Assembly (NCBI GenBank): GCA_963710605.1
Contig: CAVQBA010000005.1
Coordinates: 64,001 to 128,000, forward strand
DNA: 64,000 bases
From: an uncultured cyanobacterium
GTDB taxonomy: Bacteria > Cyanobacteriota > Cyanobacteriia > Cyanobacteriales > Cyanobacteriaceae
Direction of reading: 5' to 3'
Shown: positions 23,843-34,264 of the stretch, one piece after another
How the letters are laid out: every line of letters begins with the position of its first letter
Numbering within the stretch: position 1 is the first letter of the stretch
The notes under the pieces: model-generated
Seen by the model: only the letters and a program-made list of their open reading frames with translations
What the model was told of the DNA's origin: nothing
Databases searched by the model: none
Made by a program: the position numbers and the translations under genes

Positions 23843-24003
23843 AATTGACAATTGACAATTGACAATTGACAATTAATATTTTCTACTTATTACTTATTAC
23901 TTTTTACTTCTACTTTCCTATTCCCTATTCCCTATTCCCTATTCCCATTCCCCATTCCCTATTCCCTATTCCTCATTCCCTATTCCCTATTCCCTATTCC
24001 CTA
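23843..24003. repeat. Compound heptamer tandem repeats (STRR-like)
   Basis: AATTGAC x4, TACTTAT-like units, then a long TTCCCTA/TTCCCA array. Confidence 0.85.
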
Positions 24004-24025
24004 GTTGCGGTATAATTATTAGTTA

Positions 24026-24245
24026 GGATGATCGCCTCCTTCTTCCACATTTTAGGCTCGATCGATCGTATTTGTCGGCTTCAATAGGTCGTACATTTAG
24101 GTTAGTCGAAGTATAAATTTAGAGTTAGATGAATTGATTCTGAGTGACTTAAGTCGGGTTATCTTCTCTTAAAAAAGAGATTTAATTACGCTAGTTATTA
24201 AGAATTTTTTGCCAACAAAAGCCCGAATGTGAAGGAGGTGTTTAG
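24026..24245 (+). ncRNA. Candidate structured small RNA (unassigned)
   Basis: TATAAT at 24011-24016; 24033-24058 is complementary to 24220-24240; no ORF. Confidence 0.4.
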
Positions 24246-24330
24246 TCCGATAGCACTAATTTGTACACATCTATCTATTGTGAATTAGTGCGTTTCAAGA
24301 ATTAAATAGTCCGTTGACAAAAAAACTAAC

Positions 24331-25536
24331 ATGACATCAGTAAATATAAAATCATTTTCACAGTCTGCTTTAAAAGAATTAGCAGAATCCCAGACTCAGT
24401 CTCCTTGTCTTTCGCTATATATGCCAACTGTAATGGCTGGACGAGAAACTCGTCAAAATTCAATTCGATTTAAAAATTTATTAGGGCAATCGGAAGAAAT
24501 TTTGAATGCAGAAGACGAAAACACTAGTAAAAAAATGCTCAAGTCTTTGGAAGCTTTGATCGATGACAATGACTTTTGGCAACATCAATCTGAAGGGTTA
24601 GCTGTTTTTTGTTCCCCAGAAGGAATAGAGTGCTATCAAGTGCCTAGTACTTTTCAAGAAGTAGTGATGGTAGGCAATGGTTTTTATCTTCGTCCTTTAA
24701 TTCCGCTTTTACTAGAAGCTAAAGAGTTTTTTGTACTTTCCTTAAGTCAAGGAAAAATTCGTCTTTTTAATAGTATGACTAATCAGGGGCAGGAGATTGA
24801 TTTAGGAGATGAAGAAGAGTTTCCTACTAGTGTAGAATCTGCATTACGTTTTGATGATCCAGAAGCACAACTTCAATCTCATTCAAGCGGTGGTACTTCT
24901 AGTGGTGATTCGGCGGCAATTTATCATGGGCAAGGAGTTGCTGGTACTGATAATAAAGAAGAAATTGAGCGATTTTTTCAAATAATTCACCCAAAAATTG
25001 AAGGGATACTCAAAGATACAAATGCTCCTTTAATACTTGCAGGTGTAGATTTTCTTCAACCTATTTATCGATCGGTTAGTAATTATCCTAAAATTCTTGA
25101 ATCAAGTATTAGCGGTAATGTCGAGCATTTAGGAATAGAAGAAATTTGTCAACAAGGATGGGATATTGCTAGTGAATTTTTCCAACAAGAGCATCAACAA
25201 GTAATTGAACAGTTTAAACAACAAAAAAATACTAACCCTGAGCTTTGTGCTCAAACTTTAGAAGAAGTAGTTTTTGCCGCCCTTGATGGTTTAGTCGATA
25301 GTTTACTTCTTGTTTCTACTGATCAAAAACAACAATGGGGGCGTGTTGATAATATTAAAAGACTAATTGAAATCGAACAAGAGCCTAAAAATGATTCTTC
25401 TGTTGAAGAGCTTTTGAATCTTGCCGCCGTTAATACTTTTAGTAAAGGTGGTAATGTTTATCTTGTGTCTGAGGAAGATGATGTCTCTATTGAAGGGGCG
25501 GCGGCTCTTTTAAGAGGTCCTGTAATGGTTCGTTAA
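24331..25536 (+). CDS. Bacterial archaeo-eukaryotic release factor homolog (baeRF3/baeRF7-like)
   Basis: PCLSLYMPT, NSIRFKNLL, DFWQHQSEGLAVF, FYLRPLIP, LQSHS...YHGQG, PLILAGV, C-terminal GGNVY...AALLR. Confidence 0.75.
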   Translation: MTSVNIKSFSQSALKELAESQTQSPCLSLYMPTVMAGRETRQNSIRFKNLLGQSEEILNAEDENTSKKMLKSLEALIDDNDFWQHQSEGLAVFCSPEGIECYQVPSTFQEVVMVGNGFYLRPLIPLLLEAKEFFVLSLSQGKIRLFNSMTNQGQEIDLGDEEEFPTSVESALRFDDPEAQLQSHSSGGTSSGDSAAIYHGQGVAGTDNKEEIERFFQIIHPKIEGILKDTNAPLILAGVDFLQPIYRSVSNYPKILESSISGNVEHLGIEEICQQGWDIASEFFQQEHQQVIEQFKQQKNTNPELCAQTLEEVVFAALDGLVDSLLLVSTDQKQQWGRVDNIKRLIEIEQEPKNDSSVEELLNLAAVNTFSKGGNVYLVSEEDDVSIEGAAALLRGPVMVR

Positions 25537-25732
25537 TCAAGACAATAATACAATTAACTATTGTCTAATGAATCTTTGAAACCAAATCCTACTTTTCAAA
25601 GTACAACAATAACTAAATCTAATTAAGAATAAAACCTCTTGCTTCGTACAAGAGGTAAAAAAATACTTTCAAAGGAGTTTCAATCTTCTTTTTTTTAGTT
25701 GAAGAGGCAATTATTGAATGATTTTGATCGTT

Positions 25733-26023
25733 TTAGTTTGTTAATGTAATAAGCACAAATGGTTGGACAATAATAGTGGGAAATTGTTGAGTTGGGTTTT
25801 GATTCCATTGACTTAATTGCTCAGCAGTTGGTTTTTGTAATAATTGTTCGCTGATCCAATTTTGAACTTGATCAGCTTTGTTTTGAGCGATCGCATAACC
25901 AGCATCAATCAAATCTAGTGGCGGATAAACGATAATTAAACTATCTTTTTGAGCATGAGGAATTAAATCTTTCCAATCAATAGGGGCAGTTTGTTCTTCT
26001 AACCTAGTTCTAATATCAGACAT
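25733..26023 (-). CDS. DUF2288 family protein
   Basis: WKDLIPHA, LDLIDAGYAIA, IIVQPFVL. Confidence 0.8.
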   Translation of the reverse strand: MSDIRTRLEEQTAPIDWKDLIPHAQKDSLIIVYPPLDLIDAGYAIAQNKADQVQNWISEQLLQKPTAEQLSQWNQNPTQQFPTIIVQPFVLITLTN

Positions 26024-26062
26024 CAATCAATTATATTTATTTTAGTTCCACATTAAATAGTA

Positions 26063-26171
26063 TATAGCAATTATCACCATTACGAGGTACATATCGATCC
26101 CCCTAAATCCCCCTTGTTAAGGGGGACTTGTCGATCGCTAACTGTACTTCACAAGTATGGGAAACGCTATA
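26063..26171 (+). mobile_element. MITE with TATAGC...GCTATA ends, minimal copy
   Basis: 109 bp; outer ~40 bp on each side identical to the inverted copy at 37038-37239; TA flanks. Confidence 0.85.
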
Positions 26172-26224
26172 TACAGATAATAGTGAACAGTAAATAGATA
26201 ACAGGTGATAAGTAATAGGTCAAC

Positions 26225-26285
26225 AAAGGGCAAAAGGAAAAGGGTAAAGGGCAAAGGGTAAGAGGCAAAAGTAAAAAGTAAAAAG
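26225..26285. repeat. Heptamer/hexamer tandem repeats (AAAGGGC-like)
   Basis: AAAGGGC/AAAGGGT/AAAAGT units. Confidence 0.6.
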
Positions 26286-26405
26286 TTATTTATTGTCAAT
26301 TGTCAATTCTTTTTCATCCTTCATCCTTTTGGTATAGTTAATCTATATTAATTTAGATTGAATATTGAGAATATATAATCGATAATTGATAGTTAATAAT
26401 GAAAA

Positions 26406-27149
26406 ATGATAACTATGAGTGATATTACCGTTGTTTTAATTGAAGATCACGATTTGACTCGTATCGGTTTGGTAGCGGCAATTAATCAGTTTGATAATAT
26501 CAAAGTGGTAGGAGATGCGGCTAATGGTAATGATGGTTTGAAAGTTTTGACCCAAAATCATCCTGATATTGCCATCATTGATATCGGTTTACCTGATATT
26601 GACGGGATTGAATTGACTGAGAAATTTAAACAGTCTCTAGTTCAAAAAGAAAAACAGACTAAAGTGATCATTTTGACAATGCACACTCAAGAAGACTCTG
26701 TCTTGGCTGCATTCGCCGCAGGTGCAGATTCTTATAGTTTGAAAGATGTTAGTTTAGAAAATCTTAATCAAGCAATTAAAATTACTTACGAAGGGGATTC
26801 TTGGATTGATCCGGCGATCGCACGTGTTGTTTTGCAACAAGCGAAAAAAATTAAACCACTTAATCCGATAGAAACTCAATTAGAAATAGATCCTTCTTTA
26901 AGTAGTCGTGAAATAGAATCATTAGATCCAGAATCCCAAAAAATTGTTGATAATTTTCCTCTCACCGATCGAGAATTAGAAGTATTAGAATTAATTGTCG
27001 CTGGTTGTAACAATGCTCAAATAGCAGAAAAACTCTTCGTCAGTGTTGGTACTATTAAAACCCATGTTCGCAATATTTTAAATAAGTTATGTGTTGACGA
27101 TCGTACTCAAGCGGCTGTTTGTGCCTTACGTTCTGGTTTAGTAGAATAA
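26406..27149 (+). CDS. NarL/LuxR family DNA-binding response regulator
   Basis: Receiver (LIEDH, IDIGLPD) plus LuxR HTH (LTDRELEVL...TIKTHVRNILNKL). Confidence 0.93.
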   Translation: MITMSDITVVLIEDHDLTRIGLVAAINQFDNIKVVGDAANGNDGLKVLTQNHPDIAIIDIGLPDIDGIELTEKFKQSLVQKEKQTKVIILTMHTQEDSVLAAFAAGADSYSLKDVSLENLNQAIKITYEGDSWIDPAIARVVLQQAKKIKPLNPIETQLEIDPSLSSREIESLDPESQKIVDNFPLTDRELEVLELIVAGCNNAQIAEKLFVSVGTIKTHVRNILNKLCVDDRTQAAVCALRSGLVE

Positions 27150-27256
27150 CATTATTGAGACTTCGAGCCATAGTCGTTGAAGAATTATTGATTAGTTAAG
27201 ATAAAATCGATGTGAGGGATGAGGTGAAAATTAACATTTAATAAACACGATAGATT

Positions 27257-28242
27257 ATGAATTTGACTCAAAAGTCTTCTACTTTGTTTAAAGATTTACG
27301 CAATGATATTCAGCCTTTGATGGTTGTGAATCCTTTATACGGATTAGCAAGAGTGTTTGTTTTAGGTTCGCTTTCTTTACTATTAACTGACTTAGCGTGG
27401 ACATCTTTTTTTAATAATTTGTTAGTTTTTAGTATTTTTACTTTTTTAACGGCTATATCTTATGCTTTTTTGTTAATTTGTACTCATGATGCTATTCATC
27501 ATACTTTGACAGGATGGGTTTGGTTTGACGAAACAATTGCTAGAATTATTTCTTATCCTATTTTGTCGGGAGTAGGTACTTATTCTGAATTACATCATCT
27601 TCATCATGGTTGGAATGGGATTAATTTAAACGATCCAGAAAGAGTACAATTAACTCAATCAGAATACGAACGATTACCTTTACTCAGACAATGGTATTAT
27701 CGTCATCAATGGTTTGTAGATATATTTATCGTCGGCTCTATTGGTTTAATTATTAAAAATTTTGTCAAAGGATGGAAGCATCGAAACGATCGTCCTCGTT
27801 TACCCTTACAATTAACGATCGATATTTTAGGTATAGTAGTTGTTCATAGTATTTTATTAGCTTTGGTAATCTCTCAAAATCAGTTGTGGCGTTACTTATT
27901 ATTTTGGTTGATTATCGATCGAGTAATAGGTGCGATATTGCAAACAAGAGATCATTTAGAACATTACGGTAAATGGAAAAGGTAGGAGGGCAACAACTAA
28001 CTCAACTTTATGCGACCAGAAATTTGCAAGTTAATCCGATCGTTGGCTGGCTGATGGGAGGATTAGATTATCATGCGGTACATCATGCTTTTCCCCAAAT
28101 TCCCTTTTATCAATTATCAAAAGCTTATCTAATTGTTCAAAACTCTTTACAAAAACATGATTTACCATTAATGGATGTTCAAGGTGGTTACATCAAAACA
28201 GCTTTAGAATTAAGTAAAACACCTAGCTTGATTGAAGGCTAA
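27257..28242 (+). CDS. Fatty-acid desaturase family protein, one-base frameshift near 27974-27980
   Basis: His boxes HDAIH and HHLHH in the first ORF and HAVHH in the second ORF. Confidence 0.85.
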
Positions 28243-28321
28243 ATTAAGGGTACAAATCAACATCAGGGTGCAAGCCATGCACCCCTAAGACATCTAAAGT
28301 CAATAGTTAACTATTGATCGA

Positions 28322-28597
28322 TTAGCCACCAGCTACAGCAGGAACAATACTAACTTCATCGCCATCATTTAACTTAGTATCGACATTGTCTAAAAAGCGA
28401 ATATCTTCACTATTGACATAGAAATTTAAGAAGCGACGAGGATTACCTTGCTCATCACAAAGACGAGATTTAATCCCTGGGCAATCATTTTCTAAAGCAT
28501 CAATTAATTCTTGAATTGTATCGGCAGAACATTCGATCGTTGCTTTGTCTTTGGTGAATTTTTGTAAGGGAGTGGGAATTAATACTTTAACAGCCAT
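28322..28597 (-). CDS. MoaD/ThiS family sulfur-carrier protein
   Basis: [11 protein letters not shown]...[10 protein letters not shown]...IVPAVAGG with C-terminal GG. Confidence 0.92.
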   Translation of the reverse strand: MAVKVLIPTPLQKFTKDKATIECSADTIQELIDALENDCPGIKSRLCDEQGNPRRFLNFYVNSEDIRFLDNVDTKLNDGDEVSIVPAVAGG

Positions 28598-28726
28598 GAT
28601 TTTTGATAAAGATTGATTTTTAATAAAGTTAACAGACAAAAAAAAACTAACTAGAAGTTAGTAATTGATGATTGATAATGAGTAACTAATAAAATTCATT
28701 ACTCATTATTCATTATTCATTATTCC

Positions 28727-30031
28727 TTAAACTAGTACTTGTTGCCACTCTAAACGATCGAGTGTACGAGAGCGTTCTAAAGCACGTTCAAAACTATCTA
28801 ATTTAGGTTCAATAACTAAAGGCTCGCTAATATGTCCTTGTACTGCTTCTTGAGTTTTTAAACCATTACCAGTGATATAAACAACTGTTTTTTCATCAGG
28901 ATCGATTTTACCCGCTTCAACTAGTTTTTTCAAGACAGCAATAGTTGTACCACCTGCGGTTTCAGTAAAGATACCTTCAGTTTCAGCTAGAAGTTTCATT
29001 CCTTCGATAATTTCAGCATCAGTAACTGATTCGATATTACCATTGGTTTTACGAGCAATATCTAAAGCGTACATTCCGTCTGCTGGATTACCAATAGCGA
29101 TCGATTTAGCGATTGTATTTGGTTTAACGGGAGTAACAAAATCTCTGCCTTCTTTGAATGCTTGAGCGATAGGAGAACAACCTTCAGCTTGAGCACCACT
29201 AAAACGAACAGGTTTATCATCAACTAAACCAACTTTGACAAATTCTTGGAAACCTTTATGTATTTTGGTAAATAACGAACCAGAAGCTAAAGGTGCAACA
29301 ATATGATCAGGTAATTCCCAACCTAATTGCTCAGCTACTTCAAAACCTAATGTTTTAGAGCCTTCAGAATAATAAGGACGTAGATTGATATTCACAAAAC
29401 CCCAACCGTAGCTGTTACCAACTTCACAACAAAGACGGTTAACTTGATCGTAGTTACCATTAACTGCCATCAAAGTTGGATTGTAGATTAATGTACCCAA
29501 TATTTTCCCAGCTTCTAAATCAGCAGGAATAAATACACAACAGTCTAAACCAGCATGAGCGGCGATCGCCGCAGTAGAATTAGCTAAGTTACCAGTACTA
29601 GCACAAGATACTGTGGTAAAACCTAATTCTTTAGCACGAGTTAAAGCGACGGAGACTACTCTATCCTTAAAGCTAAGAGTAGGCATATTAACAGCATCAT
29701 TTTTAATATAAAGATTTTTCAAACCCAAACGACTAGCTAAGCGATTTGATTTAACTAAAGGAGTCATTCCTGTACCTACATCGATCGGATTTTCGCTTTC
29801 TACAGGCAAAAATGCTTTGTAACGCCAGATTGAATTAGGACCATTTGCAATACTTTCACGAGATACCTGTGCTTTGATTGCGTCATAATCATAAGCTACT
29901 TCTAAGGGTGCAAAGGTTTCTTCGCATATATGACGAGCTTCTAGAGGGTATTCAGTACCACCTTCTTTGGAAACCAATTTAGTGAAAGTCGGTTTAAATT
30001 TGTTGCTGGTTTTCTCAATCGCTTGAGTCAT
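28727..30031 (-). CDS. thrC: Threonine synthase (PLP-dependent)
   Basis: PTLSFKDR, CASTGN, EGSKT, ETAGG, TGNGLK; co-oriented with the MoaD/ThiS gene. Confidence 0.9.
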   Translation of the reverse strand: MTQAIEKTSNKFKPTFTKLVSKEGGTEYPLEARHICEETFAPLEVAYDYDAIKAQVSRESIANGPNSIWRYKAFLPVESENPIDVGTGMTPLVKSNRLASRLGLKNLYIKNDAVNMPTLSFKDRVVSVALTRAKELGFTTVSCASTGNLANSTAAIAAHAGLDCCVFIPADLEAGKILGTLIYNPTLMAVNGNYDQVNRLCCEVGNSYGWGFVNINLRPYYSEGSKTLGFEVAEQLGWELPDHIVAPLASGSLFTKIHKGFQEFVKVGLVDDKPVRFSGAQAEGCSPIAQAFKEGRDFVTPVKPNTIAKSIAIGNPADGMYALDIARKTNGNIESVTDAEIIEGMKLLAETEGIFTETAGGTTIAVLKKLVEAGKIDPDEKTVVYITGNGLKTQEAVQGHISEPLVIEPKLDSFERALERSRTLDRLEWQQVLV

Positions 30032-30330
30032 TATGTTCTCCTTGTGTACTTAACTCGTAAAAGTTGTTAGTTTGAAATTAATCTTTAAAAATGCCTGTTG
30101 AAAATTAGTATAACAACTTACATTTCTTTTAGCAAATATACCCGACTATTTTAGTCTGGATTATAATTCTGTTTAGTTAAGATTACTCTTTTGCTTCTTT
30201 ATCAAACAGAGTTGTTTTGTTAAAAAAAAAGAGTTAAATAGATAATTTAGATGAAGTTGATTGACACTAACCCCTGTAAGTACTGAGTATCATCTCACCG
30301 CTAAAATTACTTACTCGACCACATCAGAGG

Positions 30331-32475
30331 TTAAAGTATTCGACAATTCTCAAATTTGGAAAATACTTGTTTTAATACTTCTAAATTAAATGGTTTGGTA
30401 ATATAATCATCCATCCCTACATCAAAACAAACTTGACGATCGTTTTCCATCGCATTTGCAGTTAAAGCGACAATATAAGGTTGTTTATCTAAATTTTGAC
30501 GAATCCATTTAGTTGCTTCTAAACCATTTAATTGAGGCATTTGCATATCCATTAAAATAAGATCATAAAAGTTATTTTGAACAGATTGAATTACCTCAAT
30601 TCCATTTTTGGCTGTATCAGCTTTATAGCCAAGTTTTTTTAAAGATAACAAAGCTACTTTTTGATTAACTAAATTGTCTTCAGCTAAAAGAATTTTAAGT
30701 AGGAAATGTTGAGAATGTTGATTGTCTTTATTATTAGGAAAAGACAGTGATTTTGGGCTAATTGATTTATTTTCAGACTCAGACAAATTCTCAGCAATAC
30801 TGCTAGGAAAACTTAGGTAAAAAGTAGAGCCGACATTCAATTCACTTTCTAGCCAAATTTTACCATTCATCATCTGAGCTAATCGTTGACTAATATTTAA
30901 TCCTAATCCTGTACCACCATAATTACGAGAAGCAAAACTACTCACTTGCGAAAAAGGGCGAAATAATAAATGTTGGTTTTCTGGAGAGATACCAATTCCT
31001 GTATCTTTGATAGTTAATAAAACAATCTGCTCAGATTTAGTTGTTTTTTCTTTTTGAGGTAAACTGGTTGTTTCGATTTCTGCTGTAATTGTTATTTTTC
31101 CTTGCTCAGTAAATTTAATTGCATTACCAATCAAGTTGATTAAAATTTGCCTGACACGAACAATATCTCCTTTTATATAAGTAGGAAAAGAATTATCGAC
31201 ATTAAAAATTAATTCTAGTTTTTTTCGTTCGATCTCAAATTGAAACAAACGAAAAACATTATTGATTATCGCCACCAGATTAAAAGATTTATCTTCTATT
31301 TTTAAGCTTCCAGATTCAATTTTTGCCAAATCTAAAAGATCATTGATAATAGTTAATAAAACATCAGCACTACCTTGAATCGTCTCGATAAAATCTTGTT
31401 GAGTATTATTCAAAGCCGTTTCTTGTAATAAATTTGTCATGCCAATAATACCGTTCATCGGCGTTCTAATTTCATGACTTATCATGGATAAAAAGTCACT
31501 TTTGGCTTGATTAGCTAATTCGGCTTCTTGCTTTTTTTTCTCCGCTATTTTGCGAGACTTAAGTAAACTTAGTTGGCTTTTTTTTAGTTTTTCCAGATTC
31601 ATTTCCCATCGATCGTATTGCCTTACAGCTGCATTTTGAGAGGCTTCGAGTAATTGAGTCAGTGTGTTTATTTGTGAGTATAATTCTTCTTTTTCTTTTT
31701 GAGAATCTAATTTTTGATTCGGTAATTGTGGGGAATTTTTTGTTGAGATAAATACTTGTGAGGTAGAAGTAAAGGGTAGAATTGCACTTTTGACACTTAA
31801 TGCTAGTAAGCTAAATAGTTGTGCGACGTTATAAGAGATTTTTACTCGTGAAAATATAATAATACTAAATAAATTACCATCAGATATTAACCCGCCAAAA
31901 CCTAGTACAGATTTAACTTTGAAAGGAATTATAAAATTATCTTGAGCGGGAATAAAAGGACTATCAACGGCTGAAGGAACATAAAAAACATTATATTTTT
32001 TACTTTCTGCTTCTATAAGTACTTCAGGTTTAACATCAATTATCGTTTTGATATCTAATCCGAACTGATAGATCAATTGAGACATCATCCTTATTTTATT
32101 AACTTGCTCTTCATTTATCAAGGGAATTACTTGATGACTAGTAGAGTTGTGACAATCGTTCCAATTTTTTTCTTGCCCCCTAGTTGCCAGTAATGTCAAA
32201 CATTTACAATTATCATCGATCGAATCTTGTTCAAAAAATTGTTGGTCAACTAATTGTTGTAAATCATTATCTAAATTTTTGTAAGTATGAGTTTTAAAAC
32301 ATCTAATTAAAACACTTGCTTTATTTTCGGTTGTCTGATCAACTAAATTGTCGTAAAGATAATTGATAATTCGGTTAGCAACTTCTTCCATTGAAGAGGC
32401 GTTTTGATTCATTGTACGAATATCTAAATCGCACCTTATCATATCTTTTAAACTAAATTGTTGTAGATTATACAT
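30331..32475 (-). CDS. Hybrid sensor histidine kinase/response regulator
   Basis: H-box [12 protein letters not shown]-box [11 protein letters not shown]1 DTGIG, G2 GGTGLGL, receiver ILMDMQMP; soluble N-terminal domain. Confidence 0.93.
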   Translation of the reverse strand: MYNLQQFSLKDMIRCDLDIRTMNQNASSMEEVANRIINYLYDNLVDQTTENKASVLIRCFKTHTYKNLDNDLQQLVDQQFFEQDSIDDNCKCLTLLATRGQEKNWNDCHNSTSHQVIPLINEEQVNKIRMMSQLIYQFGLDIKTIIDVKPEVLIEAESKKYNVFYVPSAVDSPFIPAQDNFIIPFKVKSVLGFGGLISDGNLFSIIIFSRVKISYNVAQLFSLLALSVKSAILPFTSTSQVFISTKNSPQLPNQKLDSQKEKEELYSQINTLTQLLEASQNAAVRQYDRWEMNLEKLKKSQLSLLKSRKIAEKKKQEAELANQAKSDFLSMISHEIRTPMNGIIGMTNLLQETALNNTQQDFIETIQGSADVLLTIINDLLDLAKIESGSLKIEDKSFNLVAIINNVFRLFQFEIERKKLELIFNVDNSFPTYIKGDIVRVRQILINLIGNAIKFTEQGKITITAEIETTSLPQKEKTTKSEQIVLLTIKDTGIGISPENQHLLFRPFSQVSSFASRNYGGTGLGLNISQRLAQMMNGKIWLESELNVGSTFYLSFPSSIAENLSESENKSISPKSLSFPNNKDNQHSQHFLLKILLAEDNLVNQKVALLSLKKLGYKADTAKNGIEVIQSVQNNFYDLILMDMQMPQLNGLEATKWIRQNLDKQPYIVALTANAMENDRQVCFDVGMDDYITKPFNLEVLKQVFSKFENCRIL

Positions 32476-32690
32476 ATAATATTCTAAAAAATATTAAGCA
32501 TTTTTGATTTAATTAGCTCTTTGAATTAGATCAAACTGATGAATACATAATAACGATTTAAAGCAAGATTAATTATTATTTTATTTTAATTTAAATAACA
32601 GTTTTGATGATGGTGGTTAACTTATATTAGTAAACTATTAATTACTTGTTAAGACAATTTGGGTAAAAAAACGAGTTTTATAGATTAGGA

Positions 32691-33941
32691 CTAAAGATTA
32701 TTTTGCACTAATTCAATCGCTGTTTTCAAGCTAGTAGTTATTTTAATTGGTAAATCATCGATCGTTTCCTCTTTTTGCTCAAGTATTTCACCAGATAAAG
32801 GTCGAATAATCCAATTTATTTCTCGTTGAGGAAGAGAAGATTTAGCAATTTTTTTAGAATAGATTCTTTTTTCTCTAATACCAGTTGGTCTTTCTACTCT
32901 TTCTTCATTCTCTAAATTACGTTCATGATTTTGTTGCTGATAATAACTAGTAATTTTAGTTAGTAAAATATCAATAAAATTGTCTTCGTTGGAATGATTG
33001 ACAAATACAGTTTTTATTTTTTCTGATTGAATAATTTTTAAAAGAATATTGTAAATATTATTTTGCCAGTATTGTTCAGTTTTAAACGGTAATATATAGC
33101 AAGTGTCTATATTTTTCTTTACTTGTTTAAAAGCATTAATAATTAAACTATTATGATCTATATTATCACTAATTATGGCTATACTACCGTCAATATTAAT
33201 CTTCAAATACTGATAATTTTCTTGAATATTAATCAGCTTTTTACTATCTAAAGTATTATTTGTTTTAGTCTCAGAATTTAATTCTAAATCAATGTAATTT
33301 AATAAATTAAGATGACGATCTAAAGCATAATTATTAGCTCTTATTTTGCCATCTAACGCCATAAACTCACCATTTTGATTTATCCCTAGAGGATTTATTT
33401 CCACCAAATCTAAATCATACTGTATCAAAAGATGATACATTTTCTCAATAATATCAGACACTCGAATAATCAAGTTACTATCTAAACCCATTTTCTTTGC
33501 TAAAGTACGAGCATAAAAAGGAGAAAACTCTTCTTCTATCACACAGGTATGTAAATTTTGAAATAAAAGTTCTAAATTTTCTCCTCCTTGAGCTGAACCT
33601 AACAAAATTGGTTTTTTAAGAGCATAATCAATTATAATTGCCAGAAAAAGCTCATTTTCAACATCGTAACGACTTTCAGCTAAGATGACTTGAGGGTATT
33701 CACCTTGAATTGATAAATTAAATAAAGATTGAGCTACAGCGATCGCATCGATTGTATTTTCGACAAACCGAACACCACCATATTTCATTCTTTCACTCGC
33801 TAAGACTTGTGATTTTAAAACTACAGGATAAGGAATTTGCAAATTTTTTAAATCACTAGCATCATATAAAGTTTGAGAAGGTAATACAGGGATATCTACC
33901 TGTGCAAATAGTTGTTTGGCTTGATACTCTAATAAATCCAT
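32691..33941 (-). CDS. sucC: Succinyl-CoA ligase beta-like ATP-grasp protein with divergent C-terminal half
   Basis: MDLLEYQAKQLF, PVVLKSQV, LVEINPL, MALDGK. Confidence 0.75.
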   Translation of the reverse strand: MDLLEYQAKQLFAQVDIPVLPSQTLYDASDLKNLQIPYPVVLKSQVLASERMKYGGVRFVENTIDAIAVAQSLFNLSIQGEYPQVILAESRYDVENELFLAIIIDYALKKPILLGSAQGGENLELLFQNLHTCVIEEEFSPFYARTLAKKMGLDSNLIIRVSDIIEKMYHLLIQYDLDLVEINPLGINQNGEFMALDGKIRANNYALDRHLNLLNYIDLELNSETKTNNTLDSKKLINIQENYQYLKINIDGSIAIISDNIDHNSLIINAFKQVKKNIDTCYILPFKTEQYWQNNIYNILLKIIQSEKIKTVFVNHSNEDNFIDILLTKITSYYQQQNHERNLENEERVERPTGIREKRIYSKKIAKSSLPQREINWIIRPLSGEILEQKEETIDDLPIKITTSLKTAIELVQNNL

Positions 33942-34264
33942 AAATAAAATTAATCGCTAAAAATAGAAAATAATGATGCTCTAAAAATGTTTTAATAAAT
34001 CTAGATGAAACTGTCGTAGCTAAAGAAACAAACGAAAATAACTAAAAACAAGCAAAAAAATAGTAGATTATTTAATAACCTAATATTTTCTGATTTCTTT
34101 TAGATGAAGACAAAGCAAATTGTCAATTATTCTTGGTGCTTTTTAATCCATCATAATTGATTTATTCTCTGGTTTATCTTTTCTTGATACTTTACACAAT
34201 ACAGATAATTAATAAGTGTGAGAGTATTACCCATCCATCTATACGCTGAGGATGGGTAGTTCAT

